64,000 nt of DNA from Camelus dromedarius (Eukaryota): contig NC_087472.1 in assembly GCF_036321535.1 (NCBI RefSeq), forward strand, positions 92,382,001 through 92,446,000. Reading direction: 5' to 3'. Below are positions 37,822 through 51,379 of the stretch, in pieces; within the stretch, counting starts at the first letter, position 1, and each line of letters begins with the position of its first letter. The notes under the pieces were generated by a model that was not told where the DNA came from, did not search any database, and saw only the letters and a list, made by a program, of their open reading frames with translations. The position numbers were made by a program, and so were the translations under genes.

Positions 37822-37989
37822 TTGTATATTGATCACTGAATACACGAACTGGCAAGTATTTGGTTTTTAATCAGAATGTGCAAGGCATTTACTAGGCACA
37901 CAAGGCAGTGATTTTCAAACTGTGAGTTGTATTTATTAGTGATATCAATTGATATAGACTTAACCAGTATTTTATGAAAATGTGATAAA

Positions 37990-38460
37990 TTAATCAATAC
38001 CATACTACATTTCAGGTTTTCTGGGAAAGACAGTCTGTCATGGGCAATATCCACCCATGCATGTCCTTTTTGAGTATGCCAGGTTACAAGGCATAACATC
38101 CTTGGTGCAGGCAATCGGTTAGATGAAAGTGACTAAAGCATGACTACCATGTGACTGCTTGCTCCTCGGGGCATGGGTGGCGGGGAGGACTAGCCTGTTA
38201 GTTGTTTGCAACAAAGGTGCTAAGCCCTTGGCTCTGCTTTCTTCAGCTGCATCGTAATGCACTGTGAGCACAATCACTATCTTGGGATATTGTGTCACCT
38301 CTTGGTTCTTGGGGCAGAGAAACTGGTCCTACCATGCTAATGCTTTTGCTATTTGCTGTACCATGAATACTGAACAGTCATGCTCTAACACGTGGAACCT
38401 CACTGTCTACTTCCAGCACCTATAGGACTGTGACAAGCCAACTTCATAGTTGCTTAATCA
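37990..38460 (+). mobile_element. ERVL-class LTR remnant (LTR40-related)
   Basis: ccatgctaatgcttttgctatttgctgtacc...ttccagcacctataggactgtgacaagcc resembles the LTR40 3' region and the copy at 57091. Confidence 0.55.
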
Positions 38461-39969
38461 TCTCTTTTGGAGTCCTGTTACTCCTTGCTATCCTCTATGA
38501 GGTTGGGGCTCCTCCCTGAGAAGGGAGTAAGAATAACTGCTGGCTCAGAGAACTTGTGTTGGAATTGCAGGCATTGTGTAAGGATGTATAGATTAAGCAC
38601 TGTACAGTTCCGGGGCGTGGGGCTCCATTTACATATACAGCAGTCCAGTTAATGTATCAACATATCAAAAAAAAGTTTGAAAACCACTGTTAGAAAATAC
38701 AAAGGAACAAGTAGAAAGTACTGGTTGAGAGAATTAGCCTTTAAGGAAGAAGTGATTATTTCTAGTTGATCTTAGGTGAGAATGTGGGATTTAATCCATG
38801 TCTGAGAATGAAAGGAGGGACCACGAGACAGCACTGGATGTGGTCCAGGTGGGGAATGGACAAGACCAAGCTTCTAAAACTCACAGGAGATAATATGGAA
38901 AGATAAAACAGTTTATAAAAGATAAGTAGAAAACAAAATAGCAACAGCAAAAAAGCTTGAGACCAGGAAACAAAAATGACAATATATTAAAAAAAAAAAG
39001 CTGATCACCATTTCTATGATTTTTATGCTCTAATTTTGCTGCTCCATATCAGGATGTTTTCTCATATTAAAAAAAAGGAGCTTCATGGAATCATGTTTAA
39101 ATTACTCAATTAATTATGTTTTTATGATCATTTTCCTTAGATTTTCAAAGATTAAAAATAATATTTCACCCTTGTGCCAAATCCTAAATATTTTTTTCTT
39201 CACCTGTCTTATTTTTATAACATTCTGCTTCTCTGTATTTTATGGGATGAGGCCATTTTCAAAAAAGTTATATCCATGATCTCATTTCTTTCTCTTCTAT
39301 GTTTTATCAACACAATGACTCATGATTCAGAACTTATTCATCTAATGGTGTTTCACTGCTTGATTACAGAATTATGTATCTACACAATCTTTACTAAACA
39401 ATTTATATCTAGACCTATGTACCTATATACATATACGCAGAAGATAAATACTGAGATTTCTTCTTTTAAAAAATCTTGACAGTTTTCAGTATTTATATTT
39501 GCAATGACACATGATATACAGCTTAGAAGTTAGTTTATTGCTCAAATTGTATAGTTATTGTTATTAAATATATTTAGTTAGCATTTATTTACAAAAATTT
39601 GTATGCTCCATTCTGCTAATTGAATTATAGGATATTCATTTGTACAATGATTAAATGTGCAGATATAATTTACTCATTTACTTGCATTAATTATTCACAA
39701 TGAATGAAAATTTGGTTAAAATTCCTTAGATAGAATCACATTTAGAACTAACATATTTTATAGTTGAAAGTTAAGTTTGGTTTATAAATGAGGTTATATT
39801 GGAGTTTCTGTCTTTATGTCTTCCTTTATATTTTAGTTATATTGAGGAATGATCTTTATATTTCTTGAGGGCACCAATGAGCCTCTTAATATTGGTGAAT
39901 AAAACGATCTACTTACAAGATTCTGGCTCCAATAAAAGATATTGTGAGTAGAGAAGGATTGCAGAAACC

Positions 39970-40360
39970 AAATATTTTACTATGGAAAAATTCAAATATA
40001 CACAAAATTAGAACAGTATGCTAGATCCATGTGCCTATCACTTCACTTCAATAATTAGCCATTTTTCTTTAACCTATTCCTTTCACTTATTTTTTCCAGT
40101 ATTTTAAAGAAAATCCTGATCTCCTATCAGTTAATTTCTAAATACTTTATTTTTCATTCCAAACAGGTAAGCCCATTAAATTTTACCAGAATGCAATTAT
40201 TACACATATTGATATTAATAATTTTTAAATAATTAAATATCAAACCATGGTCAAATATATTCTATGTCTGAGGATTTTTTTTCTTATTTTTTCATTTCTG
40301 CATCTTGATCCACATAAGGTGCATGTATTTGCACTTGGCTGACACATAGAGACTATTCTA
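39970..40360 (-). mobile_element. Old L1 (L1MC-like) 3' end
   Basis: ttttactatggaaaaattcaaatatacacaaaattagaac...ccatgtgcctatcac. Confidence 0.65.
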
Positions 40361-40434
40361 TTTAATTCCTTCAGTTTGTGCAATTTGAGGTGTGGAAAAG
40401 GTAATTCATTTACTCAAACATCACTGGGCTTTTT

Positions 40435-41470
40435 ACTTTATTTATTCATTTTGCAAACATTTATTCAGTATCTAGCAGATACTGTTCTAGGTACTTGGGA
40501 ATTATCTATAAGCAAAAATGACAAAGATCTCTGTCCTTATGGAGTTTCTATTCCTGTTGGAGGAATGTAATATAAACATTAAAATAAATCAAGTGCAGAG
40601 TATATTTGAGGACTATAAATGACACGGACCAAAGAAAGTTAGAGCCGGGCTTGGTAAGTGCTGTGGTGACAGTAGGGAGGGGGTTGCTTGAGTTTTAAAT
40701 TGACCCCCTTGAGAAGGAGACAAGCAAGGACTTAATGTAAAGGAGTTAGCTTTGGGATGTCTGGGAGAAGAGTTTTCAGAAAAGAGAGAACAAGCAATAT
40801 CGATGCCTCAATGCACTCTACCTTTTCCTTGAAGTAAAACAGGAACCATTGCAAGGTCGGGTGCAGAACAATGACGCATTCTGGTCTTTGCTTTGATAGG
40901 AACACACTAGCTACTGTATGGAGACTAGATAGTTTGAGGAATGGATAGGAAGCACAGATTTTCAGACAACTTGGAAGGCCAGTGCACTAGTTGAGACAAA
41001 AGATAATGGTACCAGTGAAGACTAGTAATGGAGATTAGAAGTGGTCTAACTCTGGGTATATTTTAATGCTGGGGCTGACGAATTAGAGTTGAGGTATAAA
41101 AACAAGAGAGAAGTCAGGCTAATACTAAAGCATTTGGCCTGAGCAAGCATAGGATGAAGTTGCTACCTACTAAGTCATAGCTGGAGGAGAGTGGGAGTTC
41201 AGGCTAGGATACGTGAAGATGTTTACTGACTTTCAGTTAGAGATGTTGAGCAGAAAATCAGATATCCAAGACTGGAGTTGAGTAGAAAGGTTTGAGCTAC
41301 AGATGTAAATTTGAGGGTCATCAGCATATAGATGTTGTATTTAAGGTCATGAAAATTTTCTGAGAATATGAGCATATCAGCATAAAGAAGAGCAGAGAGA
41401 CCCAAGGCACAAAGGACTAAGCCCCCAGCAAACCAATATATAGAGATCAGAGAAACCAGGAATGTAACAA
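40435..41470 (-). mobile_element. L2 LINE, about 1 kb of the 3' portion
   Basis: ttcattttgcaaacatttattcagtatct...actgttctaggtacttggg; gagctacagatgtaaatttgagggtcatcagcatatagatg. Confidence 0.85.
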
Positions 41471-43344
41471 CAATGCCCATCACTATTTTTATAACTCATT
41501 TCTTCTGAAATTTCATATTAAAATTCTCAATTTGTGCTTGTTGAGATCAAAACTCAAGTGGGTTAGAATTACATCTCTATTTCACACTCTCCGTGCCTTT
41601 GGATCATTTGCCCCCAGTTCAGCATCATATAGGCTTTACTCCTGGTTATTTGGTTTCCCTCACAACCATGGCCACTTTTCAGGTGATTTCCAATGTTTCT
41701 GCATCAAGCATAGAGGCTTTCTGATCCCTCAGGTCTTCATGGTGGTAGGAAATTTAAAAGCCACTCTTGATACTTCCTGAGGACAGGATCAGCATATGTC
41801 TTGCTTCACACCTGCTGAAACCCAAATATTACTAGGGCAAAAAATTGCCCTGGAATGCACAATAAATCTTATGGTCATCTCTTTAAGAACATTCATGGCC
41901 AGGTGTAAGCAATAGCACAGAAAACAGGATGCTTTCATTCCTTAGACTACAGGAAGGATTACATCAATAGCACTGAATGAATAATTTGGGAAGAGATACT
42001 CACTCTGAACAAATGACTTATCACTGTTTCACTCAGTTTTTGTCTTTACCTCACTCTGTACCCATCCTCATCCCCATCCCAAAACAGGTACTAAAATCAG
42101 TTACATCTATTAAAAATAGAAGAATGTGACAGAATATTTCATTTAAGATTGGTGTGCCTGTGTGTGTTTGGCAAAGCATCAGAGAGAGAAATAGTCATAA
42201 GATGGAACACAACTAATCTATCTTCACCAATACAAACAGCTGAGCAAGGAAAATGAGACAACGGATGACATAAAAGTAGTGTGCGCACACACAAGTGCAA
42301 GGCTGAGATGTGGCCAAACATTCAATGAATATCTGGTTTCCATAAAGAACTGAAGAAAAACAGTTTCTATATAGAGTCAGAGAGTGGATTTCTTTTTTTT
42401 TTTTTAATTAGTCAGTCAGTTGGTATTTACTGAGTTCCTGCTATTTACCCAGCATTATTGTAAAGAACAAAGGAAGCACAGCTCCGAAGCCACACCTGGA
42501 ATGAGATTTCATCATCCAGCCTTGATGAAAAGTCAGTTCCAACAACAGTGAGTGGACCAGTCAGTGTCACTCATGAACATTATACTACTCGTACTAGCAT
42601 GACTGAATACATACTTTCCTGCAACTGTCTGAAGTCAGATGACTGTCATTTATTTTATTAGGAAGGCAAATGAAAAAAGTAAATTAAATTAACAGATCAA
42701 AATATCTAAAAGCACATTTAAATGGTGCACATTTGAAAATCCTTTCGTTGGGAAATATTTAAAACATTTAAAACATATTAGATCAATGGGAATGTCTCTT
42801 GACCATAAAAGTCAGACCTCTGAGCTTGGAGTAACAACCCATATTTTAAGAAGAGCATCACCATTTCTATTATAGTAACTTCTCCAACTGCAACAGTAAA
42901 TCCTCAAAATCCATGACATTCATACCAGACAGATTTAGAAACATCATATTTTTTTTCACTGTTTTCATTTTGTCTCTTAGCTACAAAAGCAAATGATGGG
43001 TAAAATGAAATTATTATATTTTGTTGGCCTGAATAAAGAAATAAGCCAGAGATAAAATCAAACCAAACTAAAACAAGCTCAATTTGGATATGATGAGGAA
43101 CATTGCTTACCTCTAAAAACATTAACTAAACACCAAGTGTACTGACCAAGACATCTGATTAATTGGAACAAACTTGAATGTTGATTTATCTTCACCTGCC
43201 AGGATTAAAGTACAATCACTGCTAGTTTAATAATTCCAAGGATTTTTAATCTGGGCCATTTTAAAATTATGAGACATGGTCCTATCCTTCAGTACAGCTG
43301 GGGAGACAAGGCAAGAGTACATGAAACATAAAAGAAATCTCGTG

Positions 43345-44030
43345 GATATGGTGACATAGGAGCTCTGGTGCTCCGCTGGTGGTAGTGTAGACGGCAGCAG
43401 CAATCTGCCTAGCCATCTGTTATTACTTAGTCAAATTAAGTATATACATACCCTTTGACACAACCATTCTACAGTTGGCATTTATCCCAGGGAAATTTTC
43501 ACAGAGGTTCACAAGACATGTATACCAGGCTATTCATTATTGTGCTATTTGTAATGGTGGGAGTTACAAGTAACCAAGATATCCATCAACAAGGAAGAAA
43601 TAGGTAAAATGTTCTGGAAACACAATCATGGCCCTTATTGCAGATGTGCAGAGAGGTGCTACTTGTGCTTATACAAGAGCACCTAGCCAAAGGCTTGCCT
43701 GACAAGGAAATGGATAGCTGGGAAGTTAGCTGTTCTTAATCCTTACAAGGGTTCAGTATATACACACTGCAAAGTTCGAAACTGTAGAGTAGATGTCTAC
43801 CCAGTAACATGAAAGATTCTAACAAATAATAGTGCTTAGTGGGAAAAAAAGGATAAAAAATGAAATATTTACATCATGCCTTTTGCAGAAATGATTATTA
43901 ACAAACAGAAAACAATTCATATTTTGAAAGGACACCATTCAAGTAAAAAGAACTACCAAACACAATAATTGTAGCTGGGAAAAAGAAGGAAAATGGAATG
44001 TGGGTATGGAAATAAAAGAGAATGTGTATG
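43345..44030 (+). mobile_element. Ancient L1 (L1ME-like) 3' region
   Basis: gctggtggtagtgtagac...cataccctttgacacaaccattctacagttggcatttatccc...ccaagatatccatcaacaagg. Confidence 0.75.
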
Positions 44031-44179
44031 TGCAGTCACATATAGAGACATTAAAGAGACTAACACAGATTAGGTGTCGTGGATAGTATGGTTACCTCGA
44101 TCCACACCTTAGATCAAACCAATGACAAAAAAACAAAAATAGATACCTTTTAGGCAATGCTATCAATATGATGTCTGAG

Positions 44180-44330
44180 AAAGAGTTCTGATAATTCTTA
44201 TCTTAAGAGTATCAGTCTCTACTACTAGTTTCATCTATTTCTTACTGTATAACCTTCTTAAATTATTTAACATTTCTGAGCCTCAACATTTCTTAGCTGT
44301 AAAATGGGAACAATGATGACATCTCTGTTC
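44180..44330 (+). mobile_element. MIR fragment
   Basis: ttatttaacatttctgagcctcaacatttcttagctgtaaaatggg. Confidence 0.75.
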
Positions 44331-44499
44331 AAAAGCAGGAAGTGAGCCAGAAAATATTTGAATATCTAATGTAATATGACTACTGTAAACACTTGACTAC
44401 ACCTCTTATACTCCACTTGCTTGGAGCTTTTAATGTATTCTTCCTATACTCTAGGAAGTACTAACAGAGAATGACTAGCCAAGATTTTAAAATCTCTAC

Positions 44500-44625
44500 C
44501 TAGTTGAAAATGATTGCAAGTCAATAGGTTCTTCCTCTGTATGCTCACTACTGTTTTCTAAGGCTCCGTTCCCCATTGCCAAATTCATTTTGGGTTTTGA
44601 GATTAAGGGTGTTGTAGTACTGAGC
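44500..44625 (-). other. Weak candidate 126-nt symmetric coding exon
   Basis: Acceptor cttccaacag, weak donor AG|gtagag; open frame LSTTTPLISKPKMNLAMGNGALENSSEHTEEEPIDLQSFST. Not recognised. Confidence 0.15.
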
Positions 44626-46939
44626 CTGTTGGAAGTCTGATCACCAGTTCAGAGAGACGTTATTTTATCAGAGATTTGGGAATCTATCTTATACCCTGTT
44701 TACTCCGTTTTTTACTACTGACAAACCAGAATCAAGGCACAAGATCTCTAACATGAATCTTATTTTCATGATTCTGTTCATATCCTGCCTCATCTTGCAT
44801 AACATATCCCTATTGCTTAATGTTAGATATATATTTTGTACCAGATATAAATCAATACAAACCTTAAGGGTCCACTGGAAGGCAGGCAAAACGTCTCCCT
44901 TGCATTTCCAAAGGGAACAAACGTGATTTCAAATCAGCTGAAAATAGCCAACTAGATGAATATTTAGAAACATGTACTATTTACTACTCCCAAGTTCTGC
45001 ATTCTTAAGTGACTTTAACTGTTTTTTTAAATTATATTGCTTATGTGACAACCCGAAGTTTTGCTTTAATATTAATACATCCCTTCATTCATAATGTGCT
45101 AATAGTTCACTATGATTTTTGGCATGAATTGTTGCCTTAATATGTCCATGGTTTTTAGTCTATGTAACATATCTAGATTGAAGCAAAGTGGTAAAATAGA
45201 GACAAATATGATTAAAGCCTACTTTCTTAGATAAGCACACATATCCCTACAGGATATTCCTAGCTGGGTCAGCATGGGTGGAATGGTTCTCTTGAGAAAC
45301 GCAGACAAGAAATCACAAGAAAAAAAGATACTAAGATAACATAATTATCCACCGAAACATTAAGGGGCATTTCTCAACAAAGCATTAGCCAAATGTAATG
45401 GAACACTACAGAGTGCAAGAAAATAAAAAAATGATCATTGCTCTTTCTACTTTAATTGAGTTAGAAAGAAGATATGGTCAAAATTCAGATCTTTGACTAA
45501 GCGCAGTTTTCAAACAGCTTACACTGAATGACCCATTCACTCTGTCTTCATGACCTAGTCCTTTTTGCAGCTACTTCAATCTCAGTCATTTAATTTAATT
45601 TTATCTTATTTTTGATGACTTGAGAACAGTCTTAGTAACTCTAAATTTATTCCAGGAAATAGTTTATGCCATCTCTTGTTTCCTGAATTTTAGAAAATGC
45701 AGAATACATTAAAACTTGCACTTTCAGAACAAAATTTTGAAATTTTGCCATACAGTACCATTCCCTCTTTCAAAACCGGAAACAAGCAAAACTCCATAAA
45801 AATACATTTCTGGTCCATTGGGTGAGAGGTGGGTGACACAAGGAATTTTCTCAGCCTAGATCATATCTGAATATGGAAAAATGTTTTATAGAAGATAGTC
45901 TCTGATCCATCAATAAAACATAAGTGTTTACTAAATTAAGCACCTATTGGCCAACTGGAATAAAGTTTACATGGCGTTATGGCTTTCAATATGTGTATAA
46001 CTCATCAATACTTTCCCCTTTTTTTTCTAATCACTATTCCTTTCAATTTTCATATATGTGTTTCAACCTTTTTATCCCATATACATTTTGGTAATAAAAC
46101 AGGGTACAACTACATACATATATATGTACATATTACTGTTTTCTTCAGGGAGAAAATATGTTCTATTTATGTCACAAGCCTTTTGTAACAATACAGGAAG
46201 AAATATGGTCAAGTATATTTCACTCATGGGACTACTATAATTACTGCCATCATTATTTCTCTAAAAAGGGAATAAAATCATTACAGTTGGGTGTTAAATG
46301 CAAATCTTAATATCACTTGACAAAGACTTTGTAACTGTATGCAATCCAGCTGCTCTGAGCCCAAGATTAACACTGGCAAAGGTATTTGTCTTCCTAAACT
46401 CTGTTCAACCATAATTTAAAGTAAACATCAATCCATATGTATGTTATATATTTTCAAAGGTCTACTCTCAGGTGATTTAACCATATTTCTTGGCACTGCT
46501 CTTGTTAGTAGGTAAATAAATAAATAAATATAACCCTGGAAGTTGAGAGAGGTCTTGGGAGGATATTAGGTAGAATTATTAATCACAGCAAACACCCATA
46601 AACATATGTTTTTTTCAAACCTCACATGATAAAATTGGAATGAAAAAGATTTTCACCTGTTCCTGAAAATAACAGAATTCATATCTAACTGACAAATATT
46701 TAGCTTTTAAATATGATGCATTTTCAAATAATTATCCTCTACAGAAAGGAAATAACAAAGAAGGGAAAATGAGCTAAGAATAGCAAGTACACAGAAGAAA
46801 TTATAGAGAAAAATTTAAAAATTTTTTGAAATCTCTTACTGCCACCAATTTTCAAATAAGTTAATGATATGGATCAGGTAACTTCTATCTCGACTTATAT
46901 TTATTCAATACTAATAGTATCTAATACATTTATAGAAAT

Positions 46940-47172
46940 TAATGTTTATTGAGTCCTTCCTCCCTGCCTGGTATAGAGTCAAGTACTTGTATCATTTAAT
47001 CTTCACAGTAACCTTATGCCATACTTAGTATTTATTATAGTGCCATATGACCGATGAGGAAACTGAAGGTTAAACAGTTTACTTAACTTGACAAGACATA
47101 CAGGTGGTAAGAGCTGGAGTCAGTTTTTGAGGCCATGTAGTCTCAATTTAGAGCCCACTGCATCTACCATGC
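46940..47172 (-). mobile_element. MIR SINE
   Basis: tcatttaatcttcacagtaaccttatg...gatgaggaaactgaagg...ggtaagagctggag. Confidence 0.85.
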
Positions 47173-47414
47173 AAAATGAAGTTGAAAATGTTGTAAGTAA
47201 CTCAATATATATGACCAGGCTTGCACTGTAATTGCATACATTGGGGAGAATCTCACAGAATAAAACCAAATATTTTGTTCTAAATTTTTGTCTCTCTAAT
47301 TCAGATGTTTGAACTGCAATTTTAAGTTTGGGCAAGAAAAACATCAACAAAATTTTATACTCATAAATATAAGCCACTACTTGTAGACAATTTTCCCAAG
47401 ATCAGAGGAGGGGG

Positions 47415-48059
47415 TGACAAAGACTCTCCACTTGAACAAACTGAGTAATCTTCTCAATTAGGCCTTAATCTTAGCCTATAAAAACTGCAAATTTCAGCAC
47501 AAATAACTTTATCCACTTCCTACTCTAAGAGAGTCAAACAAGCATTAGTATAATTTCTAACAGCTCAAGGCATCCCTAAGATGACAACACCGCTCCCTTA
47601 AGTTCCTGCCTGAGAAAGCTCAACACTTAAGAATGTACTGTTTGTTCTCAGCAAAAACCTGACTACAGACCCACAGCTTCCCTTTCCTTAGAGGATTTAC
47701 TTTAGAAAACTGGCAATAGTAAATCCTTTCTCTGCCTCTTTGAGACGTATTTTCTACCACCCAAGAATGTCTTTCTCCAGGACCTGTGAGCCATCTCTCT
47801 GAAATGCAGTTATCACAAAAGATAGGGTTCCTATCTGCCAGTCTCTGTGGGAAGGTGGGAGCCTAAGGGACAGTTAGCGAAAACAGGTGGCCTAATCACA
47901 TGGTCTAAGAGCCTCTCAATCCAAAATGACTCCATTCTTTTATTTCAGTGAAGTTGAATTCCACTCTATTCTGAAGTCTTTCTCCCTTCTACTGCAGTAG
48001 TAGAAATCTACTGTTTCATTGTTTTTAACAAGTGTCACGTGCAAAATTTTTGTTTTACA
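47415..48059 (+). mobile_element. ERV1-class solo LTR (MER67-like)
   Basis: Starts tgacaaagactctc, shares the tttactttagaaaact...ggacctgtgagccatc...gatagggttcctatc block with 31858-32326, ends tttaca; TSD gggg/gcgg. Confidence 0.85.
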
Positions 48060-50569
48060 GCGGTAGAGGAATTTAAACAATCACAGTGAATCCTAGAAAC
48101 CTAATGAAAAAGACACTGTAATGAGTATAAGTAAAGTAAAAATAAAGTAAAAATTGAACTGCCTATAAACATGCCCGATAAGGAAAGAAAAATAAAAGTG
48201 CTAGCTCGACAATGGTTCCATGCCATTTGCATATACACCAGTTTTTTTCTTAAATATGCTACTGAAATGGAGGTCTCTCTGGAAAGGATTCTTTATATTA
48301 TGACTTTTAAAGAATACAAATTTTTATTGATGAATAATATAAATCATCTTAAGATAAAGAATACCTTATATTTTATATTATAATATCTTATATGTAATAT
48401 AATATAAATATATGTAACATAATATAAAAGTATAACATAATATCTTGTCATATTTTTACAAAAATAAGTGTTACAACTATAAAAATTATTGAAATTCTTT
48501 AAAATGTACAAAATTGACTATAATAAAAATAGTTATCAGAATAGCTTACTCTAGAAATTAAAAAATAATTCAATTCCAAAATAGGCAAATAGAAAATGTA
48601 AAACAAATAAATAAGCACAAATTTATTGAACCATTTACTAAGTCAAAGATATGGGTAATTATATTGGTAAAGTAGGTGATAAGATATAAAGTTTGTAAAT
48701 AACATAATATTCCATATTGTGATATGAAATAGGATCCAAGAATCAATAATAGACTCTAGTAATTGGAAACTGTCAGATAGAAAGGTACATTATCTTTATT
48801 TTTCCTTGTTTTTCTTGCTCTTAATTAAATACCACATATCATAAAGTAGGTGAAAGAATGAATGAAAAATCCCCATGCCATATATTATACAACCAGCGTT
48901 AACTCTCATATTGTATACTAATATTTATATGAGCTTAATAGTATGAATATATGTGTTAATATGAGCTTAATTGTTTTTACAATAGAAAAAGCAATTATTG
49001 TAGCTCTAGATACTATATCCCTGTCCAGATACAGTATTAAAATGTCACTCTTAACACACACTGAATTCATGATAAAACATCATTTTATTGGGGAAAAAAA
49101 CTGGTGCTTCACCTGAGTAGCTGCAAATGTTCAACTGTGGCAGTTTTCTCTCCACTTTTCAATGTGATTTTGAATTGAGAAAAATAACCTGTTAAAATTT
49201 CAGATGAACCATTTGCAATAGTCTTATATTCAAAGATGCCAAATAATGTGTTATTAGGAAGAATGATCATTCCATAGAGTAGAAATTTATTGCTGCATCA
49301 TTTTTCTGGGTGGAAACTCTTAAGCCCCCAGTTGGAGGATGAGATATTAAATGCAATCAAGTGGGAGTCCTGGCAGAATTAGAAAACCACCCCGACCCTC
49401 TAAGTTTATAGATTTAGCCAAATAGAGTCTCCGAATGGGTCTGCGGAGGAACACAATGGCGGTAACATTCAGGCCATGTAAAGCAGAACAATTTCCGGGA
49501 ATTTTGTCTTTATTGTAATACAGAGTTGCTTCTTCAATTGTTCCAAGTATGGTTTCTTTTAAAAAAGCATTATACTCTCAGTTCTATATTCTAAAAACCT
49601 ATCTTAAGACTTAGAACATTATCTCTTCAATGCCTAGACTTATAAACTTAAATTAATGCAGCAAGAAGCTACACGCATATCCTGAGCAAACAGTAGGGGC
49701 TTAATGAATCTGGAGTGAAAAAGCATCAACTGCACTGGCTTCAACAAAGTTTAAAGTAAAACTTGGAACATATGATTTAACAACTGAATTTTATGACAGT
49801 CTGTTGAGATCCAGAAATAATTTCCCCTAAATCCAGTCTGAACTCATTTCCAGTTCCTTTCATATGATCATTCCTTGTATCTGCTTATACTAGGAAAGAT
49901 CACAATATTGTTTATCATCTGGAGTACACTTTATTCTTGGAGGTAATGGGTAATTTCCTGTTTTCATATTAATGTTGAAAACTAGTTTAACTATATGAGA
50001 TAATATTCACAAATAGAGAATAATTTGCCCCAAAAAGTGATTATAGTAACATTATTCAAACAAAACCACTCATCACTTTGGTGTATTTTCTTCTGGCACT
50101 CTTTAATGTGTATCTTGGTTTCAGACATTAGTAATAAAAGTATTTATATACTCTTATACCTTAATATTTTTATCACTATGTAACAAACATTTTCCCATGT
50201 TGCTAATTGATCTTCACAACAATTAGTTAACTGCTAATAGTAATGGATATTTATTGGATATTCATGAATTAACAGCCAAATGAGTAACTGTAATTTACTT
50301 AATTGTTCAATTATACAACAAATCCATGAAGGTCCCTCTGAGCCTTTTCTAAGCAAAAATGTTCTCTCTATAGATTCCTCATGGACATGATTTATTTCCC
50401 TATATTCCTAATAGTTGCTTTTTTCATGAATGCAGTCTACATTTCACATCTCTCTTAAAGTATGACAACAAGAATAGAACACAATTATCCTGGAGTAATA
50501 AAACAGTATAAAACAGAACAGTATCATAATTGCTCTTATTGACTATTTCAAAGGTTATTAAAGTTTAAT

Positions 50570-50720
50570 TTGCAAACAACTACCTAGGGGTTTCTTAAAA
50601 TGCAGATTTCTGGGCCCCAACCTTACAGGTTCTGCTTCAGTGAATAATGTGTTGGGTCAATGTACACTTTAAAAACCAGCCAGGTGATTGTGATGCCATG
50701 AGCTACACTCTGAAAATAGT
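50570..50720. mobile_element. MER5-like hAT MITE fragment
   Basis: ttacctaggggtttcttaaaatgcagatttctgggcccc...caggtgattgtgatgc. Confidence 0.7.
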
Positions 50721-50850
50721 GACACAGGTGATACATTTATATTACAGTGACCAACAACTGTCATTGCCTTTTTAACAGTCACATCAAACTCTCAACTAAC
50801 ACTGAACTTACTGGTGCATAACCCCCCTAAAATCTTGTTTGCTGAATCTA

Positions 50851-51287
50851 GATTTAATACCTATCCTTCTGAAACTATTCCCAAAAATTGCAGAAGAAGG
50901 AACATTTCCTAACTCATTCTGTGAGGCCACCATCACCCTGATACCAAAACCAGACAAAGATATCACCAAAAAAAGAAAATTACAGGCCAATATCACTGAT
51001 GAACATTGATGCAAAATCTTCAGCAAAATACTACCAAACCAAATTCAATAGTAAATTAAAAGGATCATACAGCATGATCAAATGGGATTTATCCTAAGGA
51101 TGCAAGGATTTTTCAATATCTGCAAATCAGTCAACGTGATGCACCACATTAACAAATTGAAGAATAAAAACCATATGATCATCCCAATGGATGCAGAAAA
51201 AGCTTTTGATAAATTCAACATCCATTTATGGTAAGAACTCCCCAGAAAGTGGGCATAGACAAGACATACCTCAACATAATAAAGGCC
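50851..51287 (+). mobile_element. L1 ORF2 reverse-transcriptase internal fragment (frameshifted, with stops)
   Basis: Translates to [41 protein letters not shown] / [14 protein letters not shown] / [13 protein letters not shown]...[15 protein letters not shown]. Confidence 0.95.
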
Positions 51288-51379
51288 GGTATACTTACTA
51301 TGTTGCAGAGGTAAAAGTATTTAACCCAAGTTCAGGGTTGGTTCCACCGTCAAAATTCTCCCAACTCAGTGCCTAAAAG

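Larger units (their letters stand above)
50330..51360 (-). mobile_element. CR1/L3 LINE remnant interrupted by MER5-like and L1 fragments
   Basis: ctctcttaaagtatgacaacaagaatagaacacaattatcc; acagtcacatcaaact...ctgaactt...aacccccc; ttaacccaagttcagg resemble antisense CR1/L3. Confidence 0.55.

Noticed and set aside
31858..48059. Two same-orientation MER67-like LTRs about 15 kb apart as a possible provirus
   Set aside because: Each has its own TSD, their lengths and 5' ends differ, and the interval has no gag/pol/env, only ordinary repeats.
48350..48450. Extremely AT-rich stretch with repeated taacataatat
   Set aside because: Ordinary low-complexity sequence with no clean periodicity or long palindrome.
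50808..51026. Minus-strand [22 protein letters not shown]...
   Set aside because: Antisense reading of the L1 ORF2 fragment.
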